Counted from the stretch's first letter, positions 10,782 through 19,751 are shown. The stretch is 64,000 nt of DNA from Candidatus Micrarchaeota archaeon (GCA_021812145.1 JAKAOM010000003.1:11737-75736), one strand, 5' to 3'. Notes: generated by a model not told the origin, from the sequence alone. Numbers and translations: made by a program.

Positions 10782-11042
10782 TTATTTTTTTCTGTGCTTT
10801 TCCTTAAGCATTTCGATTTCGCTGAGAATGTTCCACAAGCTTGTTCTTGCGTGCATTGGCAGGTTAACGTCGTTAACTATATCCTCCAGTGAATATGTCA
10901 TCATGCTCAAAAGCGTGGGCATGTCTTCCTGTTCGTTCATTTTCTCGCTAACGTCTTCTATTCTAGTTCTTATGTTTTTTGGTATGGAGTTGTCTTCAAT
11001 AAGATTTGAAAGCATTTGCCTTAGTGCGTCCTTTTCATTCAT
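10782..11042 (-). CDS. UPF0147-family small archaeal protein
   Basis: 86 aa. SIPKNIRTRIE and DVNLPMHARTSLWNILSEIE match my recollection of the UPF0147 repeat pattern. Confidence 0.55.
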   Translation of the reverse strand: MNEKDALRQMLSNLIEDNSIPKNIRTRIEDVSEKMNEQEDMPTLLSMMTYSLEDIVNDVNLPMHARTSLWNILSEIEMLKEKHRKK

Positions 11043-11184
11043 TTTTAACCGCCTTTTGTTTTTTTAAAGAAGTCCTGCTTTTTCCCACAATTTTTACCAC
11101 TATTTACCATTTGTTATTTATTTAATTGTTTTGATTGAAATTTTAACACCTGCAAGCTTTAACTGCTTCTTGTTTTTATGCGAG

Positions 11185-11300
11185 CGGGCCCGATGGGATT
11201 CGAACCCACGACCTTTTGCTTTCTCCTTTGATTTTAGGAGGCAACTGCTCTATTTGCTCAGTTTTAATCGCTTAAAACTTCCAAGCTGAGCTACGGGCCC
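11185..11300 (-). tRNA. tRNA-Arg(CCU) containing two putative introns (about 28 nt in the D-loop, 14 nt after position 37)
   Basis: Acceptor GGGCCCG/CGGGCCC and T-arm GTGGG-TTCGAAT-CCCAT. Removing the inserts gives a canonical D-arm (GCTC AGCTTGGTA GAGC) and anticodon loop (CTCCTAA). The locus is 116 nt against 74 nt expected for the mature tRNA. Confidence 0.75.
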
Positions 11301-11358
11301 GTGTTATTTTCTTGTAGAAAGTTTTTAATATTGTTTTTGTTTACTTTTTCTTTGATTT

Positions 11359-13311
11359 TTGATGAGTTCCACACCTTTGACTGAGTTTGGAATTGTTGTT
11401 TTCCTAGCCTTGACTGCCGGACTTATTCTGGCAAGGATTGGGATCAGTTCTAGTTTGGGATTCATATTAGTTGGATTGCTTTTGGGAGATTCAGGGCTTC
11501 ACTACCTTTCAAGCACAGGCGTTTCCGCGATTTTCGGAGAACTAGGCCTTATAATGATAATGTTTTATCTGGGGATGGAGATTAGCGTCAAGCGCCTGAA
11601 GGAAACGGGCGCTGTTTCTTTCATTCTAGTTTTGGTGGAGATGACCGTATCGTTTTTGTTCGGTTTTTTCGTTTCAAAGCTTTTCGGTTTAAGCGATTTC
11701 GAATCTTTTATAATTGGAAGCATTTTGATAGCTACCAGCACTGTTGAAGCGGTTAGTTTTATTTTTGAGAAGAACGCCGTAAAGGCTTTGGAATCTAGGA
11801 TTGCGATGTCCGGGTTGGTTATAGAAGATTTCGTTTCCATTCTGGTGCTTGTTTTCATTTCAACATTCGGCTCCACCCACCAGTTTGGGTTGGCGGTAGT
11901 AAACGGGCTAATATTTGTCTTCGCCATGTTTTTTGTAGTGAGCAGGATTTCAAAGAGACTTTTCGATGTTCTCCAGTCGTGGGGGCAGTCAAACAAAATG
12001 GTTTTGTACGCTCTAGCTATTGGCGTTGTGGTTTCTTACATAGGTTCTTTTCTTGGAGTGTCCCCTGTGCTTGGCGCTTACTTCGCAGGTTTTGCGTTGA
12101 GCGATACCAGCTACAGTGACCGGATTAAAAGGGAGCTTGGTTTCTTCAAGAACTTTTTCATTCTTTTCTTTTTTGTTAGTTTCGGAGCAAGCGTTTTGAT
12201 TCCGTCGGTCTTGACCAAAATGCTTTTGCTTGGCGTGGTACTTTTCATTGGCTACGTGATATTGAAGCTCTTGGTTTATGGTTTTTTTGGAGTGGCCCTT
12301 GGGTTGAATGTTTTAAGCTCCCTGAGCGTGGCTTCGATAACAATGAGCCTGGGGGAGTTTGGTATCATAATAGCGTCAAGCGCGGCAGCGTTAAGCCTGG
12401 GGGGAACACCTATTTTCCCAAACTCTTCTGATTTGATACTTGTAGCCTTTGTGTTGATTGTTCTGACCACCGTGGTTTCTCCGTTTATTTTTGAAAGGGT
12501 TGACGTTATAAGCGATTTGATTGTTGATTTTTACCCTGCCGGCGTTCGTGAGCATGTAAGAGGCATGGGCTTGAAAGTGAGGGATTTTGAAAAGTCGATT
12601 TCATCATCTTTTCTAAACAACGAGTGGGTTAACAGCGTTGAAAAAATGATATTGAATCTTGCAATAGCCTTTTCGATAATATACCTGAGCTTCATAGTTA
12701 ACATAGAATCCTTTCTTACCGGTTTTTCCCTTCCAATCCAGCTTTCGGTTGCGTCGCTTCTTTTGATTCTGATTGTATGGCCCATGTACCGAGTGGTGGA
12801 GGAGTTTAAGTTTCTAGTGTACAAAGTTTCTTTTTCCACTTCCAGTAGGATGTTTCCGTTGACTGACGAGAATTCTTTGATTGTTGATAGGCAAGTAAGC
12901 GATTTGTTTACCTCTTTTTTCATAAGCGCGGTAGGATTTGCCAGCGTTGTCCTTGTATACCTAGACTTTGGCTTGAATGTTTTCGCCCTTCTGATTCCAG
13001 CCGTATTTACAATGCTGGCTTTCATGTATTTTGGGAAGAGTGTTTCCAGTGTTTTCGACTATTACGGCAAGTACCAGGAGGTTTCTTTCGGAGAGGGAAG
13101 AAGCAAAAGAATAATCGCGGTTTCAGACGAGTTCGACAAGGATGAAGAGCTTCTTAAAAAACTCAACCTTACCCGAATCGAGGCTAGGGAAAAAATTCAG
13201 GACGCTTTGAGGAGCGGGGATGCCAGCAAAGCCAGACTTCTGGTACTGCAGCTGCGGGATGATGAAACCGCTTTGATGAAAACTTTTATGAAAAAACCAA
13301 AGCCGAGCTGA
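11359..13311 (+). CDS. Cation:proton antiporter (CPA/Kef-type Na+/H+ exchanger family) with extra C-terminal TM/soluble region
   Basis: 650 aa and polytopic. The N-terminus LTEFGIVVFLALTAGLILARIGISSSLGFILVGLLLG is typical of Na_H_exchanger proteins. Confidence 0.7.
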   Translation: MMSSTPLTEFGIVVFLALTAGLILARIGISSSLGFILVGLLLGDSGLHYLSSTGVSAIFGELGLIMIMFYLGMEISVKRLKETGAVSFILVLVEMTVSFLFGFFVSKLFGLSDFESFIIGSILIATSTVEAVSFIFEKNAVKALESRIAMSGLVIEDFVSILVLVFISTFGSTHQFGLAVVNGLIFVFAMFFVVSRISKRLFDVLQSWGQSNKMVLYALAIGVVVSYIGSFLGVSPVLGAYFAGFALSDTSYSDRIKRELGFFKNFFILFFFVSFGASVLIPSVLTKMLLLGVVLFIGYVILKLLVYGFFGVALGLNVLSSLSVASITMSLGEFGIIIASSAAALSLGGTPIFPNSSDLILVAFVLIVLTTVVSPFIFERVDVISDLIVDFYPAGVREHVRGMGLKVRDFEKSISSSFLNNEWVNSVEKMILNLAIAFSIIYLSFIVNIESFLTGFSLPIQLSVASLLLILIVWPMYRVVEEFKFLVYKVSFSTSSRMFPLTDENSLIVDRQVSDLFTSFFISAVGFASVVLVYLDFGLNVFALLIPAVFTMLAFMYFGKSVSSVFDYYGKYQEVSFGEGRSKRIIAVSDEFDKDEELLKKLNLTRIEAREKIQDALRSGDASKARLLVLQLRDDETALMKTFMKKPKPS

Positions 13312-13566
13312 ACGTCTTGTTTTTTTATTATTAGTCAGACGCGATCAGCTTCATCACTTGAAGAATTGAAAGGTTTAATTACAGGAGCCTCTCAAAACCT
13401 CGCTTTCAGCCAATAATCTTTCTTATCATCACTGCATCTTTTATGTTTTCAAATGTTTTTAAGCTTTTTCTGTTTTAAATAACAAAACAATTTCGTCATT
13501 GTGGAGGGTTATGATTGGCTTAAAGTGATAATTAGATAATTAACCCAGTTTCTTGTTACGTTTTAG

Positions 13567-13638
13567 TGGGCTCGCGGAGAATCGAACTCCGGATCTCCTC
13601 CGTGTGAAGGAGGCGTCTTACCACTCGACTACGAGCCC
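13567..13638 (-). tRNA. tRNA-Val(CAC)
   Basis: The reverse complement folds as GGGCTCG TA GTCG AGTGGTA AGAC G CCTCC TTCACAC GGAGG AGATC CGGAG TTCGATT CTCCG CGAGCCC A. It is 72 nt with no encoded CCA. Confidence 0.9.
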
Positions 13639-13667
13639 AAGCGCTTAAAATGCCGCGCTTGGCTGTT

Positions 13668-14054
13668 TTACTGGTTTTGTGTCTGCTCCTGTGTTTCCTG
13701 TTTAGGCTGAGCTGTTTCTTGAACCGTCTTTTCAGTTTGCGCTGGCGCCGATTCAGGCTTTGTTTCTGAATATCGTTCGCGTCTTTCATGATAGTGGCCG
13801 AACTCCCTGTTTTCCCTTCTCTGCTTCTCCCTCTGCATTTGCTGTTTTTTCTTTTCGTATATTCTCAAGTGCCTTCCGCATGCCGGGCAGTATGCAAGTT
13901 CTCTTGAAAAGAACCTTGTGTAATTCTCGTCCTGTATGTCCTTCCTGTCAGCAGGGTTTGTGAAAACCACTTTCTCTAGAAAAACAGCTTTATCTCTTCT
14001 AACGTTTTTACCGCATTTAGCACATATAACCATTCTTTCCTTTCCTCTTCCCAT
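13668..14054 (-). CDS. Ribosomal protein eS26-like zinc-ribbon protein with long Q/E/R-rich C-terminal tail
   Basis: The spacing C-x2-C..RRDKA..(35 aa)..YC-x2-C-x-H matches the eS26 architecture. The last ~55 aa are low-complexity (QQMQREKQRRENRE...QETQEQTQNQ). Confidence 0.55.
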   Translation of the reverse strand: MGRGKERMVICAKCGKNVRRDKAVFLEKVVFTNPADRKDIQDENYTRFFSRELAYCPACGRHLRIYEKKKQQMQREKQRRENREFGHYHERRERYSETKPESAPAQTEKTVQETAQPKQETQEQTQNQ

Positions 14055-14123
14055 TTCTAAACCACCTTTTTTTTCAGTTATTTTTTTGGACTGGCTTTTT
14101 ATTTAAACCTTGCCTTTTGTTTT

Positions 14124-14891
14124 TTAGGCGTTTTTTTCAAGGTTTTTTATTTTTCCAATGTTTAAACCGTTTAAAAGTACCGCTTCGCAATCGCCCACGT
14201 TAACAAGATGCTTTATTACCGGGCTTAGGCTGGACAGTTTGTGGTTGGCTTCAATTCCCCTTTTAGGTTGGTTGAACACGTTCATCCCTGTGAAATCAGA
14301 AAAGCTTGGCATTATTATAACCGTTTGTTTGCCTGTGGTTTTCCTCTCCGCGTTTCTTTTAACCTTTCCTATTACCCATACTTTTTCCTTCCACAAATAA
14401 CCGTACTCCCCGCTGAATTTTATTCCTGGATGCTCGTGGCTTATTATCAAGTAATCAGTTTGCAGTGCTTTTTCACTCGGCCACGCGTGCCCGTGCAGTA
14501 TAGCGTATGTTTTATTGTTTTCCCTCAAGAAAAGTTCTTTGACAACGCTTATTTTTTTGCTTTCTATTTTCTCTATCTGCGTGTCGTGGTTGCCCTTTAC
14601 TATTGTTATTTTCTCGCATTTTATCTTTTCCAGAAGTTGCCTGAGCGTTTGAAGGTTCAATTGGTTTGGTGTAGGCGTTCTAGTTCCAGGGGATACTATT
14701 ATATGCTTGGCGTCTCCCCCTATTATCAAATCTTCACCTGGTTTTAAAAGATTGTTTATTTTCTGTATTGTCCAGTGAAGAGGTATGTTAACACCCTTCA
14801 ACGCCAGTTCTTTTTCAACGCCTATGTGCAGGTCTGATATTATAACGTTGTTTTTTATTTTAAGCGCGGCTTGACCTGTGATGAACTTCAT
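14124..14891 (-). CDS. Metallophosphoesterase (archaeal SbcD/Mre11-related type)
   Basis: Motifs ISDLHIG, GGDAKH, GNHD, LHGH and SHEHP. Confidence 0.8.
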   Translation of the reverse strand: MKFITGQAALKIKNNVIISDLHIGVEKELALKGVNIPLHWTIQKINNLLKPGEDLIIGGDAKHIIVSPGTRTPTPNQLNLQTLRQLLEKIKCEKITIVKGNHDTQIEKIESKKISVVKELFLRENNKTYAILHGHAWPSEKALQTDYLIISHEHPGIKFSGEYGYLWKEKVWVIGKVKRNAERKTTGKQTVIIMPSFSDFTGMNVFNQPKRGIEANHKLSSLSPVIKHLVNVGDCEAVLLNGLNIGKIKNLEKNA

Positions 14892-14898
14892 TTGAGTT

Positions 14899-15210
14899 TC
14901 ATTTTTTTTTTCCTTTCTTTACTGCGCCTGTTTCCCCTATTTTTCTTTTTGTCCTGCTTATAAGAGTCATTTTGGCTCCGCATTTTGGGCAGAAGGGAAT
15001 TATACTGGCCTTTCCTCTTTCTATTATTTCCTTTTTGCATTTCTTGCATTGAAATACCTTCTCTTCTATTGTAAACTCTTCGTTTAAATCGTTGACTCCG
15101 GTTGTTTCATGCTGGTCGTAATCGTAATCACTTTCGTAGTCCATTTCCTTCTGCGATTCCTCATCTTCCTCCTCGTATTCTTTTTCCTCTTTTTCATAAT
15201 CGTCTTCCAT
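14899..15210 (-). CDS. Acidic protein with C-terminal zinc ribbon
   Basis: Contains CKKC..(14)..CPKCG. I prefer the internal ATG (MEDDYEKEE) because an A/T box (TTTTTAAAT) sits ~35 nt upstream of it, inside the longer ORF. Confidence 0.5.
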   Translation of the reverse strand: MEDDYEKEEKEYEEEDEESQKEMDYESDYDYDQHETTGVNDLNEEFTIEEKVFQCKKCKKEIIERGKASIIPFCPKCGAKMTLISRTKRKIGETGAVKKGKKK

Positions 15211-15399
15211 AAAACATCTCTCTTTTTTTTTTCTTTGCCATTTAAAAATTTTTCGCTTAACTGATTTTACACGCTCTGCCCTTACCCTCATAGATACCTT
15301 TAAATACCTCCTAGTAGAATTATTTATTTGAATTTTAAGAGGGAGTTTTGCTAAATTCCCTCTGTAAATTTTAAAAAATTTTAGAGGTTGGTGTGAAAA

Positions 15400-15555
15400 A
15401 TGGTAAGGAAACCTTTTGGTGGATACACTATTAGCTTCGGAAGCGTTTCAAACGTAACGCTTGGGCAGGTCTTTGGATCTGGAAAAGTAACTCCTAGCGA
15501 GATGACGAAGAAGCTTTGGGCTTTCGTTAAGGCAAAGAAACTTTCAAGCCAGTAA
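15400..15555 (+). CDS. Unlisted 51-aa basic protein with SWIB/MDM2-like motif
   Basis: The ATG is preceded by GAGGTTGGTG. The sequence is MVRKPFGGYTISFGSVSNVTLGQVFGSGKVTPSEMTKKLWAFVKAKKLSSQ, and TPSEMTKKLWAFVKAKKL resembles the SWIB core. It falls below the 60-aa track cutoff. Confidence 0.4.
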   Translation: MVRKPFGGYTISFGSVSNVTLGQVFGSGKVTPSEMTKKLWAFVKAKKLSSQ

Positions 15556-15621
15556 ATCGGTTTGGTATTTTCTTGATTTTTTTTATTTTTTATTTTTCTT
15601 TTTTTTTCTAATTATTGTTTT

Positions 15622-16440
15622 TCAAAACACTTCTAATTTTGTTTGCGTTTTCTGGTTCTTAATTTGCTTCTTTATCGCCTCCGTAACAGGGGTTAGAATG
15701 TAGCCTTCATCCATGTTTCCTAGCACCTCGCATTTGTCGGGGTTTGCCCAGGCGTAATAAGCGATGTACGCGCAGAAAACAGCGTCCAACCTGTCTTCGT
15801 AATCCTTGAGTTTTTGCGCTTTAAGCCTTCTTACGTTTGTTTTCAGCAGATCGTCAAGTTCGAGTTTTGTTTTGGATTTTTTAAGCCCTGCAAGAAGGCG
15901 CTGGTATTTTTCAAACGCGCTCCACCTGGATTCATAGTCCCTTTTCGGTTTTGCTTTGTAGGGAATCACTTTTTCAAGATCGAACAGCACGACCATTGAA
16001 GGGTGCGGGTATACCTCGAAGAATTTTCTTGAATTTTCGAATTTTTTAATGTACGGATCTTGCTTGAAACCTTCCTTTTCAAGAAGCTTCGATATTTCCT
16101 CCCCCCTTATCTTTCCCGACCACTGGCTTAGCCTTTTTCTATTCGAAGGGTGGGCCCCTGCGTTGTATTTTCTGAATAAATTTCCCACTATCTCCTCCGC
16201 CTTTCTTCTCCCACTCTCGTTTGGAACTATCAGCGGCGCGTCTATTGCTATGAACGAATTTTCGTTTTTTGCCTTTTCCCTTACATATTTTATAATGTCA
16301 GCATCCGAGAAAGTCAAGTCGGCGCTTATTAATTTTGATTTTGTTTTATCTCCCTCTATAACCGCTATTCCAGACCCGTTTTTTGTTGACCAGGCTAGGT
16401 CTATTCCGATAAAAAGCATAAGGTTTGACTTGTTAGTCAA
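15622..16440 (-). CDS. DUF429-like (RNase H-fold) protein
   Basis: The N-terminal FIGIDLAWSTKNGSGIAV, internal AIDAPL and C-terminal DRLDAVFCAYIA pattern is typical of DUF429. Confidence 0.55.
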   Translation of the reverse strand: MTNKSNLMLFIGIDLAWSTKNGSGIAVIEGDKTKSKLISADLTFSDADIIKYVREKAKNENSFIAIDAPLIVPNESGRRKAEEIVGNLFRKYNAGAHPSNRKRLSQWSGKIRGEEISKLLEKEGFKQDPYIKKFENSRKFFEVYPHPSMVVLFDLEKVIPYKAKPKRDYESRWSAFEKYQRLLAGLKKSKTKLELDDLLKTNVRRLKAQKLKDYEDRLDAVFCAYIAYYAWANPDKCEVLGNMDEGYILTPVTEAIKKQIKNQKTQTKLEVF

Positions 16441-16458
16441 GATTTTTAATTTTTACGT

Positions 16459-16983
16459 TTACAAAACGGATATCGCTATATACAGCAGCATGACTAGGGT
16501 TAGCGAGACTATTGCGGTAATTGTTTTTCTTGCTTGGTTTTTGTTTCTGCTGGATTCTTCAACCGCCCACCCGAATATCAGAAAATTGTAAAACGGAATT
16601 ATGCTGAATAGAAGACTGCTGAACAGGTAGGTGTGAAGTATTAAAGGAATCAGCCAGAGTGTTATCAGTCCGGCGGGAATTGAAACCAGCGCTAGGCTTA
16701 ACGCCATTGAAATGCTTGAAGCGTTGACTATATTTTCAGCCTTGTTTTCCCCTCCAAGGATTTTTGCCGCTCCAGCGCTTAGCAGTATCATTGCTATTAT
16801 AAGCGCTAGTGTTGTGATGAATTGAGTTAAGGTTTGGCTTACCGATTGGCTTGTGGTGGGAATGCTCAGTATAGCCGCGCTTGCTATAACGGCTATAATA
16901 ACCTTGGTCAGGTTGAAGTTTTTCGACAATCTGTCCAGTTGTTTTTTGTTTAAAAGTACAACTTTCAGGCTTTCTGTTTTCAT
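16459..16983 (-). CDS. Polytopic membrane protein (4-5 TM), last gene of the cyclase operon
   Basis: Hydrophobic segments run throughout. Its start overlaps the upstream cyclase stop by 4 bp. Confidence 0.5.
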   Translation of the reverse strand: MKTESLKVVLLNKKQLDRLSKNFNLTKVIIAVIASAAILSIPTTSQSVSQTLTQFITTLALIIAMILLSAGAAKILGGENKAENIVNASSISMALSLALVSIPAGLITLWLIPLILHTYLFSSLLFSIIPFYNFLIFGWAVEESSRNKNQARKTITAIVSLTLVMLLYIAISVL

Positions 16984-17864
16984 GTTTCAATCACGTGTAT
17001 TTTTACGGGTTTTTCTTTTCCCTTCACCATCTCCTTTTTTTCAATCGCCTTTATTTTCATCTTTAATTTTCTGAACGTTGAATCGGTTATTGCTATCTCC
17101 CCTGCCTTCGCCACCCCCTGCATTCTTGAAGCGGTGTTGACCGCGTCTCCTATTGCCGTGTAGTCCATCACCTTAGAACTTCCGATGTTTCCTATAACCG
17201 CTTCGCCGGTGTTTATTCCAATTCCAACGTTAAGGTTTTTCTTCTTGAACTCTCTCTGCATTTCAATTGCGGTTTGAACCGCGTTGTCCGCGTGGTTTTC
17301 ATTCTTAACCGGAGCGTTGAATATCGCCATGACTGCGTCCCCTATGAACTTGTCCACCATTCCATCGTGCTTCTGTATTATTTTCGTGGCAGTGTTGAAG
17401 TATTCGTTGAGTATTTTAACCACTTTTTCAGGCTCTGTCTTTTCAGACATCGACGTGAATCCCCTAACGTCTGAGAATAAAACTGTTATCTCCTGCCTTT
17501 CCCCTCCGAGCTTTAGCTTTCTCTGCTTCATTATCTTTCTTATAACATTGGGATTGACATATTTTTCGAACATTCCCTTCATCCTGTTCTTTTCCTCCTG
17601 CTCCTTTTTTCTTTTCTCCTCCATTTTGTCGTACGCTATGAACAGAATAAGCGGTATGAAAGTTGCTATCATTGAATATTTTTGAAAAACGTCGTTTAGC
17701 CTTCCCCCGTAGAAAGCGAACCATAGCTGCGTTGAAAATAAGAGAAGGAATGCGAGTATTGCGAGTTGCGTCGAGCTTCTTGTTTTAAGGTAGTTTCCCG
17801 CTGTTTTCATAAGGAAGTAGAGCGAGTAGGTTAGCAAAAAAAGGTAGAGGTATGTTTCTATCAT
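16980..17864 (-). CDS. Membrane-anchored class III adenylate/guanylate cyclase
   Basis: Three N-terminal TM helices followed by VLFSDVRGFT, DKFIGDAVMAIF, GIGINTGEAVIGNIG and YTAIGDAVNTASRMQ. Confidence 0.85.
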   Translation of the reverse strand: MIETYLYLFLLTYSLYFLMKTAGNYLKTRSSTQLAILAFLLLFSTQLWFAFYGGRLNDVFQKYSMIATFIPLILFIAYDKMEEKRKKEQEEKNRMKGMFEKYVNPNVIRKIMKQRKLKLGGERQEITVLFSDVRGFTSMSEKTEPEKVVKILNEYFNTATKIIQKHDGMVDKFIGDAVMAIFNAPVKNENHADNAVQTAIEMQREFKKKNLNVGIGINTGEAVIGNIGSSKVMDYTAIGDAVNTASRMQGVAKAGEIAITDSTFRKLKMKIKAIEKKEMVKGKEKPVKIHVIET

Positions 17865-19294
17865 TTGGCTTGCTTCCTTTTGGATGGTTTTCTTGTCATG
17901 AAGTAGGCTGCGCCCATTCCTCCCAAAGCCACGATTGTAGCCAGAGTCCAGAAGCTAATTCCAAGCGTTATTCCACTGCTTTGCGGCGTTGTTACAGGCG
18001 ACTGCGCTTGATTTGAAGGTACTGCTATTGTGTTCACCATGTAGGCTGCAAAAACGCTTAATCCCGTAGAACTGAACGTTATAGTGTAGTAATCCCCGTT
18101 GTCTTGAATTGAATAATTCAAAAGCTCTATGCTCCCATCATGGTTTCTGAACAGCTCCATATCATTTAGGGATATAGAATCTCCTTCAAGCGATTCTTTG
18201 GAAACGTTAATCGAGAAGGTCGCGTTTTGTATGTTTTCGTCGCTTAAATTTTGATCTATCTGTATTATGAACAGAGGTTGGGATAGGGTGAAGTTTCTTG
18301 TTTCTGCAATTTTTTCAAAACCAGTTGAGTTTGTTTCATTCTCCCTTGTCATGTTGAAGTAGAATTCGGTAACATTCTTCTTTATTGAAACGTTCATGTC
18401 CACCACTCCGACGATCGTGGAGTTGTGCAGCCTTACATTGAAACCCCTTATTTCGAGATTTTTTCCATTCAGATAAGATGTTTCGTTGTCTATTGTTATG
18501 CTCTGATTTGTAGAGTTGAAGTTCATTGACACTGTCTCGTATTCCAGGGATTTGAGGAGAAGCCTTAGCTTTTCAATAAATAGGCTTAACTCTTCAGGGT
18601 TCTGTTGCGCCAGTATTACGTCGAGCCTTTCGTTTATCCGGTTAGAATCAAGAGGGTAGATTTTGGTGATGTTGTCGATGTATTGAGCTGTTATCTGTCT
18701 TGATTCGTTTGCTATATAAACCCACACCAATTGCTTTTGGCTGTCATATTCTGACTGAAGAATCGTCTTTTGCTGCGCTATAGTGCTGTTTAGCGTGAGA
18801 AGTTCCTGCATGCACTGGCTTGCGTTTTGCGAGTTTGCTACAACCTGTTCTGATGACGATTGCAGTTCTTGGTCAAGCTGGCCTGTTAGGTTTTGAGCGT
18901 AATTATTAAATTGAACCACTTTGTTGACGGCAATATCTACGCTGTTGGCGTTAAGTGTTGGGAAAGTGTATTCGCCGATTTGTTCAAGCGTTTGGTTGAA
19001 GGGATGTACTGCAAAACCGCACTGCAAGCTTTGGTTATAGAACGCTTCGTCGATGACTGAAACCGCGCTTTGAATATCCTGCCGTTCGGTTATAAGGGTT
19101 GTCGCCAGCATTTTTTGAACTCCCGCCTGGTCGTAGTGGAACAATTGTTCTGTTAGGAATATCATGCTCTGGTTTTGAAATTGGCTTGTAGTCTGGATTT
19201 GAATTGCAGTTGGTTCTGTTGGCATTGCTATCAGCAGAGCGCCTGTCACTAATGATGCTAAGATTGAAACCAATAGCAATATTTTCCCGTTCAT
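17861..19294 (-). CDS. Extracytoplasmic N-glycosylation-rich protein with signal peptide and C-terminal TM anchor
   Basis: N-terminal MNGKILLLVSILASLVTGALLIA and C-terminal WTLATIVALGGMGAAYFMTRKPSKRK, with many N-x-S/T sequons. Its stop overlaps the cyclase start by 4 bp. Confidence 0.6.
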   Translation of the reverse strand: MNGKILLLVSILASLVTGALLIAMPTEPTAIQIQTTSQFQNQSMIFLTEQLFHYDQAGVQKMLATTLITERQDIQSAVSVIDEAFYNQSLQCGFAVHPFNQTLEQIGEYTFPTLNANSVDIAVNKVVQFNNYAQNLTGQLDQELQSSSEQVVANSQNASQCMQELLTLNSTIAQQKTILQSEYDSQKQLVWVYIANESRQITAQYIDNITKIYPLDSNRINERLDVILAQQNPEELSLFIEKLRLLLKSLEYETVSMNFNSTNQSITIDNETSYLNGKNLEIRGFNVRLHNSTIVGVVDMNVSIKKNVTEFYFNMTRENETNSTGFEKIAETRNFTLSQPLFIIQIDQNLSDENIQNATFSINVSKESLEGDSISLNDMELFRNHDGSIELLNYSIQDNGDYYTITFSSTGLSVFAAYMVNTIAVPSNQAQSPVTTPQSSGITLGISFWTLATIVALGGMGAAYFMTRKPSKRKQAK

Positions 19295-19398
19295 CCCAAC
19301 TTATATATAATCAGCTATGATTTTTAATGGTTTTGGACTGTCAAACCCTCAATTGCGTTTCACGAGTGTGAAACTAGACTAGTATTTTCTTTTGAGCT

Positions 19399-19671
19399 TC
19401 AGCTTATGTTAAAACTCGCGTTGTTTAGGGTTTGATTCAATTCATTTGTTATATTGTCTATCTGTCCTAACGTTTGGTTTATCTGATCTGTAAGATTGTT
19501 TATGTCGTTTACCACTTGAGTTTGATTCGGATTAAGATTTGCGGTATTAAGATTTCCACTTGAATTTTGACTATTCTGAGTGCTGCTGGAATTCAGCGGG
19601 TTGAAGTAAATTAACCCTCCTATTATTACAAGGATTATTATTATAATTCCAGCTATCATGTAGTTTTTCAT
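19399..19671 (-). CDS. Small N/Q-rich membrane-anchored protein
   Basis: N-terminal TM helix (AGIIIIILVIIGGLIYF) followed by N/Q/T-rich repeats. Confidence 0.45.
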   Translation of the reverse strand: MKNYMIAGIIIIILVIIGGLIYFNPLNSSSTQNSQNSSGNLNTANLNPNQTQVVNDINNLTDQINQTLGQIDNITNELNQTLNNASFNIS

Positions 19672-19702
19672 TCAAACACCTTTTTTAATTCTTAATTTTA
19701 AT

Positions 19703-19734
19703 GAAAGGAGGGGTTTAAAAACCCTTCTCCTTTC
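19703..19734 (-). terminator. Imperfect hairpin downstream of 19752..20654
   Basis: GAAAGGAGGGGTTT-AAAA-ACCCTTCTCCTTTC, flanked by T-runs on the minus strand. Confidence 0.4.
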
Positions 19735-19751
19735 ACCGTGCTTTGACTTGC

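Noticed and set aside
2544-11067. Numerous antisense or alternative-frame track ORFs over the GGDEF, ftsZ and polD genes (e.g. 2544..2942, 3433..3774, 3784..4065, 4481..4927, 7009..7380, 7525..7854, 10087..10578, 10588..11067).
   Set aside because: All are embedded in longer ORFs with strong family motifs on the opposite strand. Their Ser/Phe/Leu-rich composition is what the reverse complement of K/E-rich genes produces.
13345-13442. C/D-box sRNA-like pattern on the minus strand next to tRNA-Val: GTGATGA-N16-CTGA ... GTGATGA-N12-CTGA.
   Set aside because: The D' to C' spacing is ~48 nt, against the 3-10 nt usual for archaeal C/D sRNAs. There is no terminal stem and I could identify no guide target. 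The short boxes could co-occur by chance, so this is not reported as an RNA gene.
13556-13789. 77-aa minus-strand ORF in the track.
   Set aside because: It overlaps tRNA-Val (13567-13638) and the 3' part of the eS26-like gene in another frame. Its Arg/Lys-rich sequence is a typical shadow ORF.
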